Below are positions 18,654 to 28,750 of a stretch of DNA of 36,962 bases, piece after piece; positions within the stretch are counted from its first letter, which is position 1; each line of letters starts with the position of its first letter. The stretch is taken from contig JBIKWN010000021.1 in the NCBI GenBank assembly GCA_044356295.1, positions 1 through 36,962 on the forward strand, read 5' to 3'. The notes below the pieces were generated by a model. The model searched no databases. It had not been told where the DNA came from and saw only the letters and a program-made list of their open reading frames with translations. Made by a program: the position numbers and the translations under genes. Origin of the DNA: Bdellovibrionota bacterium. GTDB taxonomy: Bacteria; Bdellovibrionota_C; UBA2361; JBIKWN01.

Positions 18654-19295
18654 ATGACGCTAAAAATACCTTCTCCAGACAATTTTAAATCAAGCACACT
18701 GGCACCTGTTCAGCGGCAAACACTTGAATTTCTTAGGAATTTCATCGCTGAACATGGTTATGCCCCTAGCTTAAAGAATATCGCTGACCACATAGGCGTT
18801 AAATCTGTCTCAACCGCTCATTTCCATCTTGAGCGGCTAGAGAACAAAGGGTTTATCAGACGGGGCGAGGATGGCACGATGGAGCTTGTTGAAGTCCAAA
18901 AGCCAGAATTTGGACCTACTGCGGTTCCTCTTATGGGACTTATTGCAGCTGGAATCCCTATTGAGGCGATAGAGAATAAAACCATGATAGAGGTCCCGTC
19001 AGATATGATTGATGGTCGAGGTGAAGTGTACTGTCTTGAAGTGAGCGGAAATTCAATGATCGAAGAACATATCTGCGACGGAGACATTGTGGTCATCAAG
19101 AAACAGCCTCAAGCTGATGATGGACAAATCGTAGTCGCACTTCTTCCAGATGGTTCGGCAACTTTAAAAACATATCGACGACTAAAGAATGGCAAAGTCA
19201 TGCTCATTCCTGCAAATGCTGCAATGTCACCCATGACACTTGATGATGTTGAAGTTCAGGGGAAACTTGTTGGTGTGCTTCGACGATACCACTAA
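18654..19295 (+). CDS. lexA: SOS transcriptional repressor LexA
   Basis: wHTH HGYAPSLKNIA...HL..LE.KG.I; Ala-Gly cleavage site IAAGIPI; catalytic Ser (GNSM) and Lys (ATLK). Confidence 0.97.
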   Translation: MTLKIPSPDNFKSSTLAPVQRQTLEFLRNFIAEHGYAPSLKNIADHIGVKSVSTAHFHLERLENKGFIRRGEDGTMELVEVQKPEFGPTAVPLMGLIAAGIPIEAIENKTMIEVPSDMIDGRGEVYCLEVSGNSMIEEHICDGDIVVIKKQPQADDGQIVVALLPDGSATLKTYRRLKNGKVMLIPANAAMSPMTLDDVEVQGKLVGVLRRYH

Positions 19296-19338
19296 ACATA
19301 ATTTAACAATAAAAATTTTATACTAAGGAGAAAACACA

Positions 19339-20487
19339 ATGGGAATTAAAGACGAAGAAAAGACGAGTGCTTTGACCTCTGCTATTTCACAGTTAGAAAA
19401 AAAATATGGTCGCGGCTCAATTATGAGTATGGGATCAAATATCAATCAAAGCATTGATGCATATTCATCAGGAAGCTTAGGTCTTGATATTGCACTTGGG
19501 ATCGGCGGACTTCCTAAAGGAAGAGTTTGCGAAGTATATGGGCCAGAAAGCTCTGGTAAGACAACACTTGCACTTCACCTTGCTGCAGAAGTTCAAAAGA
19601 AAGGTGGAACGGTTGTTTTTGTTGATGCTGAGCATGCACTTGATATTGGTTATGCCAAAAAACTTGGTGTTGATACTTCTAAACTACTTGTAAGCCAACC
19701 TGATTGTGGTGAACAGGCTCTTGAAATTACCGAGACACTTATTACTTCTGGATCCGTTGACCTTGTTGTTATCGATTCAGTTGCAGCGCTCGTTCCACGT
19801 GCAGAGATTGACGGTGAAATGGGTGACCAGCAACCAGGATTGCAAGCACGACTTATGAGTAAAGCGCTTCGTAAGTTAACAGCTCTGACAGCTCGTCATA
19901 ATTGTTTGATTCTTTTCATTAACCAGATCCGTATGAAGATTGGTGTTATGTTTGGAAGCCCTGAAACAACTTCTGGTGGTAATGCACTAAAATTTTACTC
20001 ATCAGTAAGACTTGATGTACGACGAATTGCTTCGATCAAAGATAATACTGAGGTTACGGGTAACAGAACGAGAGTTAAAGTTGTTAAAAACAAAGTTGCT
20101 CCTCCATTCCGTGAAGCTGAATTCGATATTGTTTTCAACGAAGGGATTTCTCAGATCGGTGAAATCGTCGATATCGGTTCAGATAAAGGAGTTATTGATA
20201 AAGCTGGTGCGTGGTATTCCTATAAAGGCGAAAGAATTGGTCAAGGAAGAGAAGGTGCTAAGAATTTCCTTAAGGAACATCCTGCAATAATGGAAGAGAT
20301 ACGAGGTCATATCCTAGGTACTGTCGGAATTGATGCAGCGATTGGAAATAATTCTGAACCTGCTTCAGCAGAGCGACTTTCATCCACCGTTGATGTATCA
20401 AGTGATGGTGGTAAAAAAGTAAAAGGCAAGAAGAAACACGAACTCAATGGTCTGGCTTCTTCAGATGAAATGGATATCGCAGTCTGA
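19339..20487 (+). CDS. recA: Recombinase RecA
   Basis: [58 protein letters not shown]. Confidence 0.99.
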   Translation: MGIKDEEKTSALTSAISQLEKKYGRGSIMSMGSNINQSIDAYSSGSLGLDIALGIGGLPKGRVCEVYGPESSGKTTLALHLAAEVQKKGGTVVFVDAEHALDIGYAKKLGVDTSKLLVSQPDCGEQALEITETLITSGSVDLVVIDSVAALVPRAEIDGEMGDQQPGLQARLMSKALRKLTALTARHNCLILFINQIRMKIGVMFGSPETTSGGNALKFYSSVRLDVRRIASIKDNTEVTGNRTRVKVVKNKVAPPFREAEFDIVFNEGISQIGEIVDIGSDKGVIDKAGAWYSYKGERIGQGREGAKNFLKEHPAIMEEIRGHILGTVGIDAAIGNNSEPASAERLSSTVDVSSDGGKKVKGKKKHELNGLASSDEMDIAV

Positions 20488-20496
20488 TTTGAAAGA

Positions 20497-22464
20497 TTAA
20501 GAGCGATTCAATTCTAACGGAGCAGGAGTAAACTGAAGGTTTTCTTGCTCTTGTTTTGAAGGTAATGAGGGGGATGAAGTTAATTCATCCCCTTTTTCTT
20601 TTTCAATGGTCTTTTCACTATTTTTATTTGGATCAACAATTCCCAAATACCGGTGCCCTATTCGAGTAAAATAGCCTTTCGTTTTTCTTCCTCTTGTTTC
20701 TAGCTCTTTTTTTTCAATTGGCTCCAAAGAATCAAAAAAACGAGAAACTCTTTCATCTGAAAGATCCGACTCATTACGTGCAATCAAAATAATATCAGAA
20801 CCAATAAAACCTTCTGCAGGACTCCAAAAATTCCACATTAAGGCACCTTCTCCGATGATATTTCGGCTTCCTACTTCATACGGTGAATGATTCGAAAATA
20901 TTTTCTGAGCATAAAAAGAAAAATTTGATGCAATAAAATGTTTATCCATAGCAACAATAACAGGAATCTTATTTGTTGTTACTTTAAAACTTTCCGCTTG
21001 ATCAATAACTGATTTTGTAAGCGACTCCCATCCGAGTATTCGGTGCAAGGATTCTCCGTATGGAATTAATGGAAGTCCAAACCCTAAAAACTGGAAAGAT
21101 ATAGAAAGAAGTATAACCAATGAAGCAACTGTTGGAATAAATGCTTTATGTAACCTTCGAAGCATTGAAGGAAGTTCTTCGTATGATGAATAAATAAAAT
21201 GAGCCGTGAAAGGAACAAGCAACATAAGTCCTGGACCAGTCCAATTTAGCTTTGTCTCGTGAGTAATACTATAAAAAACAAATAAAGCAGTGGGGCAAAC
21301 AATTGAAAGCAACGAAAGCAATCGAACGCGATTATTAGTAAGGATCGAGAGAGAATAGAAACCTGCAAACAGTGTCACTGGTAAAACAAGTATCATCATA
21401 TCGAGTACTAAACGATGAAGGTAGAATTCACTGGGTGCAGCTACACGACGTGTTGACTGAAAAGCAAAACTTGCAAATCCGTTTGTAATATTCCAATAAA
21501 TGACTGGCGAGAAAATAATGAATGCTAAAAGAATTGCAATATAAGGCTCCTTCCTCTTCCAAAGTACTCGGGCATCCTTATCAATAAGCATAAATAATGC
21601 GATAGGAATACCAAGCAGTACAATTGTGTACTTGGAAAGCATCCCAAGACCACCAAAGATTCCAATCCAATACCAACTTGTATGCTTACCTTCTATGAGG
21701 GCTGAGTACATAAAGTACAAAAGTGAAAGCCAACAAAGCACTAACATCGCATCAGGAGAGATCAGTAAACCAGTCCCCATTAAATATGGACAAAGTAAAG
21801 AAAGTGCGCCGGCAAGATATCTTTCTTTTAAACTAGCTGATGGATAAATTTTCTCTACTAAAAGAGTAATCACAAACGCAGAACATAATGAAGTTACAAA
21901 TCCAACGAAGCGAAGAGCAAACTCATTTGTTCCAAAAAGAAATAATCCAATACGAATTAACACCCCCACCATTGGAGGATGATCAATATAGCCAGGTGCA
22001 AAATGGGTAGCGTAATTCCAGTAGTACCCTTCTTCCGGTAATGCTTCAATTTTTCCAAGATAGAAGAGCCGAATTATTGTAATAAGCATTGCCGAGATAA
22101 AGATCCAAGACGTAACCGTAACGTCTCTCTTTAAAGAGTACGTGAGCGAAAAAAAAGCAATTGATGCTACAAGAAGTGCTGGAAAGATAAGAATCAAGCT
22201 GTGGGTCGTGCCTACACTATGAAACCAAGACATGACGCTGCTTCGAATTGCAACAGTAACACTAAAAATAAAAACAGTTTTTAATATGCTGTAAGATGTA
22301 AAAGAGTAATTCTGAAGAAATGCAACATAACGCCAAACAAATAGAGCTAAAAGAAATGAGAGTGCCTGCCATGAATAAAGATCAGCTCCACAAATTCCAC
22401 TTATGGTTAAAATAAGAGCGTCAAATAAAAGAGCTGCAATCTGAGGAGATACCTTTGTTACCAT
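20497..22464 (-). CDS. GT-C (ArnT/PMT, GT39/83-like) membrane glycosyltransferase with extra N-terminal membrane segment
   Basis: PEEGYYWNY..H..PGYIDHPPMVG, SPDAML, GMLSKYT, FSPVIYWN; ORF track begins 22539 but ATG 22464 follows a TTGTTC-N18-TACGAT promoter-like sequence. Confidence 0.85.
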   Translation of the reverse strand: MVTKVSPQIAALLFDALILTISGICGADLYSWQALSFLLALFVWRYVAFLQNYSFTSYSILKTVFIFSVTVAIRSSVMSWFHSVGTTHSLILIFPALLVASIAFFSLTYSLKRDVTVTSWIFISAMLITIIRLFYLGKIEALPEEGYYWNYATHFAPGYIDHPPMVGVLIRIGLFLFGTNEFALRFVGFVTSLCSAFVITLLVEKIYPSASLKERYLAGALSLLCPYLMGTGLLISPDAMLVLCWLSLLYFMYSALIEGKHTSWYWIGIFGGLGMLSKYTIVLLGIPIALFMLIDKDARVLWKRKEPYIAILLAFIIFSPVIYWNITNGFASFAFQSTRRVAAPSEFYLHRLVLDMMILVLPVTLFAGFYSLSILTNNRVRLLSLLSIVCPTALFVFYSITHETKLNWTGPGLMLLVPFTAHFIYSSYEELPSMLRRLHKAFIPTVASLVILLSISFQFLGFGLPLIPYGESLHRILGWESLTKSVIDQAESFKVTTNKIPVIVAMDKHFIASNFSFYAQKIFSNHSPYEVGSRNIIGEGALMWNFWSPAEGFIGSDIILIARNESDLSDERVSRFFDSLEPIEKKELETRGRKTKGYFTRIGHRYLGIVDPNKNSEKTIEKEKGDELTSSPSLPSKQEQENLQFTPAPLELNRS

Positions 22465-22600
22465 AGGGTCATATCGTACCGTAGACTGTACTGAAAGAAC
22501 AAAACCCCAAAAAAATACCTTTATTATTCTAGAAAACATGTAATTATATCTCTAGCGATGATTTCTTTGAGTTAATTACAAAAAATTAGGAACCTTTATT

Positions 22601-22777
22601 ATGAAAGAAAATGTTGGTCAGTGGGATCGTACACTTAGAATCGTTGTTGGAACTCTATTAATAATCTGGGGTATTCAAAGTGGAAATTGGCTTGGATTGT
22701 TAGGTCTTATTCCATTTGCAACTGCAATGTTTCGATGGTGCCCTGCTTATTGTCCGTTAGGGATATCTACAAAATAA
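22601..22777 (+). CDS. DUF2892 (YgaP-like) small membrane protein, absent from the ORF track (58 aa)
   Basis: Translated by hand: MKENVGQWDRTLRIVVGTLLIIWGIQSGNWLGLLGLIPFATAMFRWCPAYCPLGISTK; NVG..DR..R and CP.Y..LGIST motifs; AGGA upstream. Confidence 0.9.
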   Translation: MKENVGQWDRTLRIVVGTLLIIWGIQSGNWLGLLGLIPFATAMFRWCPAYCPLGISTK

Positions 22778-22802
22778 AACTGTCGATTCTATTTTTTCCT
22801 AG

Positions 22803-23327
22803 ATGGAAGATACAATGTATCCTAAACTTGTTCCTATCATCTCATTTCTTGAATCTCTCAGGCACCGCGCAGACTTACAATCACTTGAATCAGTTCTCAG
22901 GGATAATCCAATTACACCAAAAGATATAATTACTGCCTGCCTTTTTCATGAAAAGCACTATTGCAGAAATAAAGTGAAAGGATCTGACTGGTATGACCTC
23001 TACATTATGTGTTGGAAGCCTGGGCAACATTCCACTATTCATGATCACGCTGAATCTAGTTGTGCGCTGCAAATACTTCAAGGAACTGCAACTGAAATTG
23101 CTTGCGAATTAACTAATATTGATAAATGTCTGGTACGTGCTACAAACTCAATTTCCTATCCAGTCCACGCTATATGCGCTACACAAGATTCTCAGATTCA
23201 TCAAATTAGAAATGATAGTGAAGATCAAAATCTGATCACGATGCATATTTATTCTCCACCCTTAAAAATGAATATTTATGGGTTCGACCCTGCTCACCCT
23301 CTATCGTTAGTAGATACGACAATATAA
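22803..23327 (+). CDS. cdo: Cysteine dioxygenase (type I cupin)
   Basis: YCRN, W.PGQ.S.IHDH, third His in IHQIRN, TMHIYSPP. Confidence 0.9.
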   Translation: MEDTMYPKLVPIISFLESLRHRADLQSLESVLRDNPITPKDIITACLFHEKHYCRNKVKGSDWYDLYIMCWKPGQHSTIHDHAESSCALQILQGTATEIACELTNIDKCLVRATNSISYPVHAICATQDSQIHQIRNDSEDQNLITMHIYSPPLKMNIYGFDPAHPLSLVDTTI

Positions 23328-23340
23328 TCTGTAACGTTGT

Positions 23341-24261
23341 ATGTATAAATTGAAATTCATTGTATTTATCATAGGACTATCTCTGTGTTTTTTCTCTTGG
23401 ATGAGTCCTGGCATCGCGCTGCTTTTAGGGGCACTGATTTCTTATTTAAACTTAAATCCCGAGCATAAACGAAGCCAAATATATTCAAAAAAGATTTTAG
23501 CGTGGTCTATTGTTGGGCTCGGAACGACGGTCAAGCTTGCTTTAATTTATGAGGTTAGTGTTGACCATTTTACATTAACCGTTCTGACATTACTTGTGAC
23601 GTTAGGTGGTGGATGGATAATCGGATCAATACTTCATATCCCTAAAGAACTACGTGCATTAATAGCCTCTGGAACTGCGATTTGTGGTGCAACTGCAATT
23701 GCTGCCGTTGGTGAAACTATAAAAAGTAAAAAAGAAGAGATGTCTCTCGCTCTGGCTGTGATTCTTGTTCTCAATGCTGTGGCATTGTTTTTGTTCCCTT
23801 TTCTTGGACACCTTTTACAACTATCGCCCCATGCGTTTGGTGTTTGGGCGGGGCTTGCAATTCACGATACAAGTTCTGTTGTTGGTGCAGCTTTGCAGTA
23901 CAGTCCTGAATCTTTAGAGTACGCTACTACAGTTAAACTTGCCCGAGCAATTTGGATAGCACCTCTTACATTACTATTTTCTATAGTTCTCAATCATGGG
24001 AAACAATCTTTGAGCTTTAAACTTCCCTGGTTTATTGGTGGTTTTATTATTGCTGCAGCAGTATTTTCTTTTGTTCCATTGCTAACTCCGTATGCAAATA
24101 TAGTCTCAATAGTTGCAAGAAAAGGTTTTGTTATAGCGATATTTTTACTTGGCAGTACTATTGACGTACAGAGTCTTCGCGTTCTTGGCTTTAAACCACT
24201 CCTTTTTGGAGTTCTTTTATGGATAATGAGTGCCCTGGTTAGCTTACTTGGGGTCAACTAA
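23341..24261 (+). CDS. YeiH/UPF0324 putative sulfate/sulfite exporter family membrane protein
   Basis: SGTAICGATAIAA, FGVWAGLAIHDTSSVVGA, ATTVKLARAIWI, PWFI.GF. Confidence 0.92.
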   Translation: MYKLKFIVFIIGLSLCFFSWMSPGIALLLGALISYLNLNPEHKRSQIYSKKILAWSIVGLGTTVKLALIYEVSVDHFTLTVLTLLVTLGGGWIIGSILHIPKELRALIASGTAICGATAIAAVGETIKSKKEEMSLALAVILVLNAVALFLFPFLGHLLQLSPHAFGVWAGLAIHDTSSVVGAALQYSPESLEYATTVKLARAIWIAPLTLLFSIVLNHGKQSLSFKLPWFIGGFIIAAAVFSFVPLLTPYANIVSIVARKGFVIAIFLLGSTIDVQSLRVLGFKPLLFGVLLWIMSALVSLLGVN

Positions 24262-24747
24262 ACCAATCCCTATCTTCTCTAGTTTCAAAAGCATTTTTTT
24301 TGCATTTACACCTCCCGCATAGCCAGTCACTTTTCCATTACTTCCGATTACACGGTGGCATGGCAAGATGATGCTAATTGGGTTTCGTCCGTTTGTTCCA
24401 CCGACTGCTCTTACTGCTTTTGGATGTTTTATTAAACATGCTTGCTCTTTGTAGCTGATAGTTTTTCCGTAAGGGATTTTTTTGAGTGAATTCCATACTT
24501 TTTGTTGGAATACGGTACCTTCTAAAGAATATGACACAGTGAAAGTTTGACGCTTTCCAGAGAAGTATTCTAATAATTGTTTAATCGTTTTCTTGATAAT
24601 TTTATTTTGACCTCTTATCGGAGTTCCAAAGTGAAGGTTATATTCTTTCCAGTTCACAGAAAAAATGACCCCTAAAAGATTCTTGTTGTCAGCAACAATA
24701 TAAAGAGAACCAATTGGGGTTTTAACAATATCGAATTTTGTATTCAT
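24244..24747 (-). CDS. ogt: Methylated-DNA--protein-cysteine methyltransferase
   Basis: GT.FQQKVW..L..IPYG.T.SY, AVRAVG..NGRNPISIILPCHRVIG; true start ATG 24747 overlaps upstream stop (ATGA). Confidence 0.95.
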   Translation of the reverse strand: MNTKFDIVKTPIGSLYIVADNKNLLGVIFSVNWKEYNLHFGTPIRGQNKIIKKTIKQLLEYFSGKRQTFTVSYSLEGTVFQQKVWNSLKKIPYGKTISYKEQACLIKHPKAVRAVGGTNGRNPISIILPCHRVIGSNGKVTGYAGGVNAKKMLLKLEKIGIGLVDPK

Positions 24748-26165
24748 AGTGTGACCTTTTTCTTCTTCTTTGATAGTACTACTGCGTAATCTCTCCATAA
24801 ACAATGAGTCAAGTAGGCTCTTGATGATACCCACTGGGCTTGTTCGACAATGTTCTGTTCTAGAGCTCGCTGGACAATGAGATCTGCCTTGGGAAATGCA
24901 TCGGGATTTCCAAAACACCTCATTAATATCATTGAGGCTGTCCAGGGACCAATGCCTCTGATTGATAATAAAGCATCTGAAATTTGTTCAAAACTTTCAA
25001 AAGATTCAAAGTTAATTGTCTTATTCAAAACATTTTTAGAAAGTTCTTTAATTGCATTCGCTTTGACTTTGGTAATTCCTATCTCTTGTATACGTGCCTC
25101 ACTGAGTATTGATGGTGCTGGAAAACGAAATACTTCTCTCTCCATATTCTTTCCAATTTTTTTACCGTACTTCCTAACAAGAGTTTCCAATTTTATTTTT
25201 GCATGTTGAGTCGAAACAAATTGACAAAGAATAATCGAGACGGCTGTTTCAAATGGATCAAAAGAACCTGGCACTCGTATCCCTTTTGGTTGCAAGAATT
25301 GTGAAGAAAAAAGGTCAGCTGGATTATGTTCAGTATCAAATAAGTTCTTTATTCGTGATAAAACAAAACGAGTTTCTTCTAAAGGAACATTAATAAGTTT
25401 TACATTCAAAAACCCCTCTTTTGTCTTATCACTTACAATGACTTGCCCAAGGTTTTTTTTATTTGGAATAAAGCGATGAAACGTATCGTTGATGACTGTT
25501 TCTAACCCGTAACATTCATGCCTTTTTAGATACGCAATGACACTCTTCCAGTCATAAGGAAGCCTCACTGGGATTTTAAGCTCAAGTCCTGACTCTAGAA
25601 TAGAGTTACTATTTGTTCTCATTTGAGTTGGTGAAATCGTAAATCTTTGTTTAAACGCTTCGTTAAACCTTCGAAGGGATTCGAATCCAGAAGCAAAAGC
25701 AATATCAAATATTGGCATACGTGTTGATTCTACTAATTGCTTCGCAAGATGGAGCCGCTCAGTTAAAATTACTTCAATTGGCGAAGACCCTAAATGCTCA
25801 TCAAATAAGCGACGAAGCTGTCTTTCAGATACTCCAAGCTTATGGGCAAGGAAGCTAATAGACAGAGAATACTTTGCAGAATGACTTATCAATCGTAAAG
25901 CCCTCGATACCGTATTTAATGTACCATCTAATAACTTAGAACCGGGCATGGCGTCAGGGTGACAACGCTTACATGCACGATATCCCCTTACTTCAGCTTC
26001 GCTAGAACTTTTAAAAATTACGATGTTTTCAGGCTTCGGTTTTGCTGGACAGATTGGACGGCAATAAATTCTTGTTGTTGTCACACCGAAAAAGAAACGA
26101 CCATCAAAACGACGATCTCGTCTTGAGATTATTTTTTTATATTCTTCTAATGAATATGGGTTCAT
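24744..26165 (-). CDS. alkA: Ada Zn-binding/AraC-HTH/AlkA DNA-3-methyladenine glycosylase fusion
   Basis: RD.RFDG.FF.GV.TT.IYCRPICP and GYRACKRCHP; AraC HTH; HhH IRGIGPWTA and PDAFP..D; start ATG 26165 or TTG 26174. Confidence 0.93.
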   Translation of the reverse strand: MNPYSLEEYKKIISRRDRRFDGRFFFGVTTTRIYCRPICPAKPKPENIVIFKSSSEAEVRGYRACKRCHPDAMPGSKLLDGTLNTVSRALRLISHSAKYSLSISFLAHKLGVSERQLRRLFDEHLGSSPIEVILTERLHLAKQLVESTRMPIFDIAFASGFESLRRFNEAFKQRFTISPTQMRTNSNSILESGLELKIPVRLPYDWKSVIAYLKRHECYGLETVINDTFHRFIPNKKNLGQVIVSDKTKEGFLNVKLINVPLEETRFVLSRIKNLFDTEHNPADLFSSQFLQPKGIRVPGSFDPFETAVSIILCQFVSTQHAKIKLETLVRKYGKKIGKNMEREVFRFPAPSILSEARIQEIGITKVKANAIKELSKNVLNKTINFESFESFEQISDALLSIRGIGPWTASMILMRCFGNPDAFPKADLIVQRALEQNIVEQAQWVSSRAYLTHCLWRDYAVVLSKKKKKVTL

Positions 26166-26199
26166 TGAATCCAATCATAATTGAATATACAAAAAAAGA

Positions 26200-26217
26200 C
26201 TCGCGGTTTTCGGACAT
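26200..26217 (-). promoter_or_regulatory. Candidate Ada-activator binding site (ATGTCCGAAAACCGCGAG)
   Basis: GC-rich motif in AT-rich DNA ~20 nt upstream of a TATGAT -10 (26179-26174) before ada/alkA. Confidence 0.4.
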
Positions 26218-26464
26218 TATCATAAAAAATAGTGAGGCTCTCAAATCAAATTAATTTGATTTGTTGGAAAACAAGTTCGCATTCTAAGAAAATGAGTGCT
26301 CTTTCCATTTCGCACTCAATCAATAAGAGGGTTCATCTCGTTTATCTTCGACTACAGATAGTTTTTAAATCCTATTTTACTGATTAATTTAGCAATACTT
26401 ACTGATTATACGATCTGGAAAAAGAAAAAAGTGTTGAACGATTAGAATATGGGATAATCAGGAT

Positions 26465-27241
26465 ATGGAACAACAATCCAATACAAAATATTCATTTATG
26501 CCGATATTACCTGATGCTATTGGTTCTAATAAATCTAAGAAGTCTGATGCTTATCTATTTCTAAGATCGTTGCCTAAATTTTCTTATATATCTGAAGAAG
26601 ATCTTAATACGTTGGCAGTTTCTTCTCGATTTGAGACGTTTGAATCTGGAAAATATATATCGAATGAGGGTGATGAACGAAATACCTTTGGATTTATATT
26701 GCAATCAGGTTGCATTGCAATGTCGAAGCATTCATCAAACGGAAAAGAGCTTATTGTAGAGCTCTTGCAGGCAGGAGATTCATTTGGATTATTACTGAAT
26801 CTTGCTAAAGATAGACTACCTATTCAACTTTCTGCACGTTCAATTCAGAAATCTAGAATACTCTGGATATCGTTATCAGATTTTTCTCTTGTATTACATT
26901 CAAACCCATTAATCTTTCAACAGATTGTCAGTCATTTACTGCTTTGTCTGTTTTCATCTTATAATATATCTCGGGGACTTGCTCATGATCACGTTGAAGT
27001 AAGAATCGCTTCTGTCTTAATAAGCCTTGCCTATAAGTTTGATAATATTCCAAGGGAATCAAAAAATCCTATTATTTATTTTACAAGACAACAACTTGCT
27101 GACCTTACCGGCACAACTCCAGAAACCGCAATACGAGTAACAAGAGCGATGCAGAAAGAAGGACTCATTGATATAAGCAGACCCGGAATAATTAAAATTT
27201 TAAAAATGGAGCGACTTAAGGAAATTTCTGATTGCCTGTAA
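26465..27241 (+). CDS. Crp/Fnr-family transcriptional regulator
   Basis: cNMP-binding barrel (EGD, SNGKELIVELL..GDSFG), HTH TRQQLADLTGTTPETAIR. Confidence 0.93.
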   Translation: MEQQSNTKYSFMPILPDAIGSNKSKKSDAYLFLRSLPKFSYISEEDLNTLAVSSRFETFESGKYISNEGDERNTFGFILQSGCIAMSKHSSNGKELIVELLQAGDSFGLLLNLAKDRLPIQLSARSIQKSRILWISLSDFSLVLHSNPLIFQQIVSHLLLCLFSSYNISRGLAHDHVEVRIASVLISLAYKFDNIPRESKNPIIYFTRQQLADLTGTTPETAIRVTRAMQKEGLIDISRPGIIKILKMERLKEISDCL

Positions 27242-27255
27242 TAGTTAGTTAGCAA

Positions 27256-27271
27256 TATGAGTATGATCATA
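27256..27271. promoter_or_regulatory. Crp-like box 1 TATGA-GTATGA-TCATA
   Basis: Palindromic 5-6-5 site; TAAAGT -10 at 27293-27298 gives class II geometry. Confidence 0.65.
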
Positions 27272-27329
27272 CTGATTTGCACAATCTGTGTATAAAGTAA
27301 CAAGTTAATGAAAATAAAGGTTACATTAC

Positions 27330-27896
27330 ATGGAAAATCAAAACGACATAGTAAATCTATATGTCTCAAAACAAATAGCGTTAGAAGAGCACTTATTTAA
27401 GATCATAGAAGATCAAATATCTGAAATAAATGAGTTAGAATACAATGATGCAAAAGTTTTACTGAAGAAAACGAGTCAAATTCTAGAGTACAATTTTATA
27501 TCATTGAATGAACAATTAGATAAAATTGAAAGAGATACTTTTTGTTCGAGAAAAAAAACCGTCGAGAGGAACCAAAAAACACTACAAAAAGAGTCTCCTA
27601 CAGAGCAGGAAAACAAAAGAACTTCTAGAATTCTTCGAGAGGTCTACTCTACTTTAAACTTAATAACCATTAGCAACACACAACTTCATACAACAGCACT
27701 TGCTCTGGATTCAGTGGATGTTGCAAACCTTGCTTTAAAGAATCTTAAAACACTAGCACCACTTGTCGTACTAATTGGGGAACTTATACCTGATATTGTT
27801 ACCAGAGAGCTTTATTCAGTAATACCGACGATTGATCTTTCGGTTGCACAAAGAGCCTTGGTAAATACTAAACTTGCTTGGAAAAGATCCGCTTAG
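27330..27896 (+). CDS. Hypothetical protein, ferritin-like four-helix bundle (DUF892-like stress protein)
   Basis: Helical pattern YVS..IALEEH and SRILRE.YS.L....IS...LHTTALAL. Confidence 0.55.
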   Translation: MENQNDIVNLYVSKQIALEEHLFKIIEDQISEINELEYNDAKVLLKKTSQILEYNFISLNEQLDKIERDTFCSRKKTVERNQKTLQKESPTEQENKRTSRILREVYSTLNLITISNTQLHTTALALDSVDVANLALKNLKTLAPLVVLIGELIPDIVTRELYSVIPTIDLSVAQRALVNTKLAWKRSA

Positions 27897-27938
27897 TTAT
27901 CCTTTTCTTTTCAAGTACACTTTATTAAAGTCTTCAAT

Positions 27939-28469
27939 ATGAAAAAAACTCTTCTTATCCTTATTGTAATATCTATGGCTGCTTGTAATGCAACAATTCC
28001 AACACCTAAAAATCTTCTTAATAAAAATTTCCCTCAAGTGCAGGGTCAAAGTCTTACAGATCAAAAGGTACTTATACCTGACAGCTTTCGTAATAAAGTA
28101 ACTGTATTACTCATTGGCTATCAACAAAAAACTCAATTTGATATTGACCGATGGATACTGGGAATATTACAAGCAGAAATTCCAGTTACTATTGTTGAAG
28201 TTCCTACCATTGCGGGAATGATGCCACAAATGGTTCAGGGGTTTATTGACAATGGAATGAGGAGTGGTATTCCTGAAAAAGACTGGGCATCAGTTGTGAC
28301 TGTGTATGAAGATGCTGCAAAAATTATTGAAGCAATTGGCAATGAACGTCCTCAAAGTACCCATGTCGTTCTGTTAGATAAGCAGGGCCAAATTATTTGG
28401 ACAAACAACTTAGGCTACTCGGCTGCACATATTTTAGAATTAAAACAAATTATAAAATCTTTGCCTTAA
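27939..28469 (+). CDS. Lipoprotein with thioredoxin-like (ATP10-like) domain
   Basis: Lipobox MAAC; FP.V.G.SL....V.IP, LLIGY.Q.TQFDIDRW, VVLLDKQGQIIW; no CxxC. Confidence 0.65.
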   Translation: MKKTLLILIVISMAACNATIPTPKNLLNKNFPQVQGQSLTDQKVLIPDSFRNKVTVLLIGYQQKTQFDIDRWILGILQAEIPVTIVEVPTIAGMMPQMVQGFIDNGMRSGIPEKDWASVVTVYEDAAKIIEAIGNERPQSTHVVLLDKQGQIIWTNNLGYSAAHILELKQIIKSLP

Positions 28470-28510
28470 CGTATCATTCAATGAATAGATAAGTTTACTA
28501 AAAGTTAATT

Positions 28511-28726
28511 TTACTTCTTATCTTTGTCTTTAGTACCAAACGACTCATCGATTGATTCACCCATTTTCTCGAGAGTCCCCTTTTCTTTCAAAGGTGCATC
28601 TCCGTGCTGGATGTTGTCAATGACTTCATCAAGACGCTCGCCTGTTTTTTCTGAAGCTCCTTTTTCATGACAACCTGCAAGAAATAACATGATGAGTATA
28701 ACGACTAAGGTGTTTATTTTTTTCAT
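28511..28726 (-). CDS. Small lipoprotein
   Basis: Lipobox LAGC; repeated G..EK.GE..DE motif; AAGGA SD. Confidence 0.8.
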   Translation of the reverse strand: MKKINTLVVILIMLFLAGCHEKGASEKTGERLDEVIDNIQHGDAPLKEKGTLEKMGESIDESFGTKDKDKK

Positions 28727-28750
28727 TGAGAATCCTTTTTTGTAAAATAT

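Noticed and set aside
24748..24918. 57-aa N-terminal extension of Ogt in the ORF track
   Set aside because: Overlaps alkA; ATG 24747 with ATGA coupling gives a normal-length Ogt
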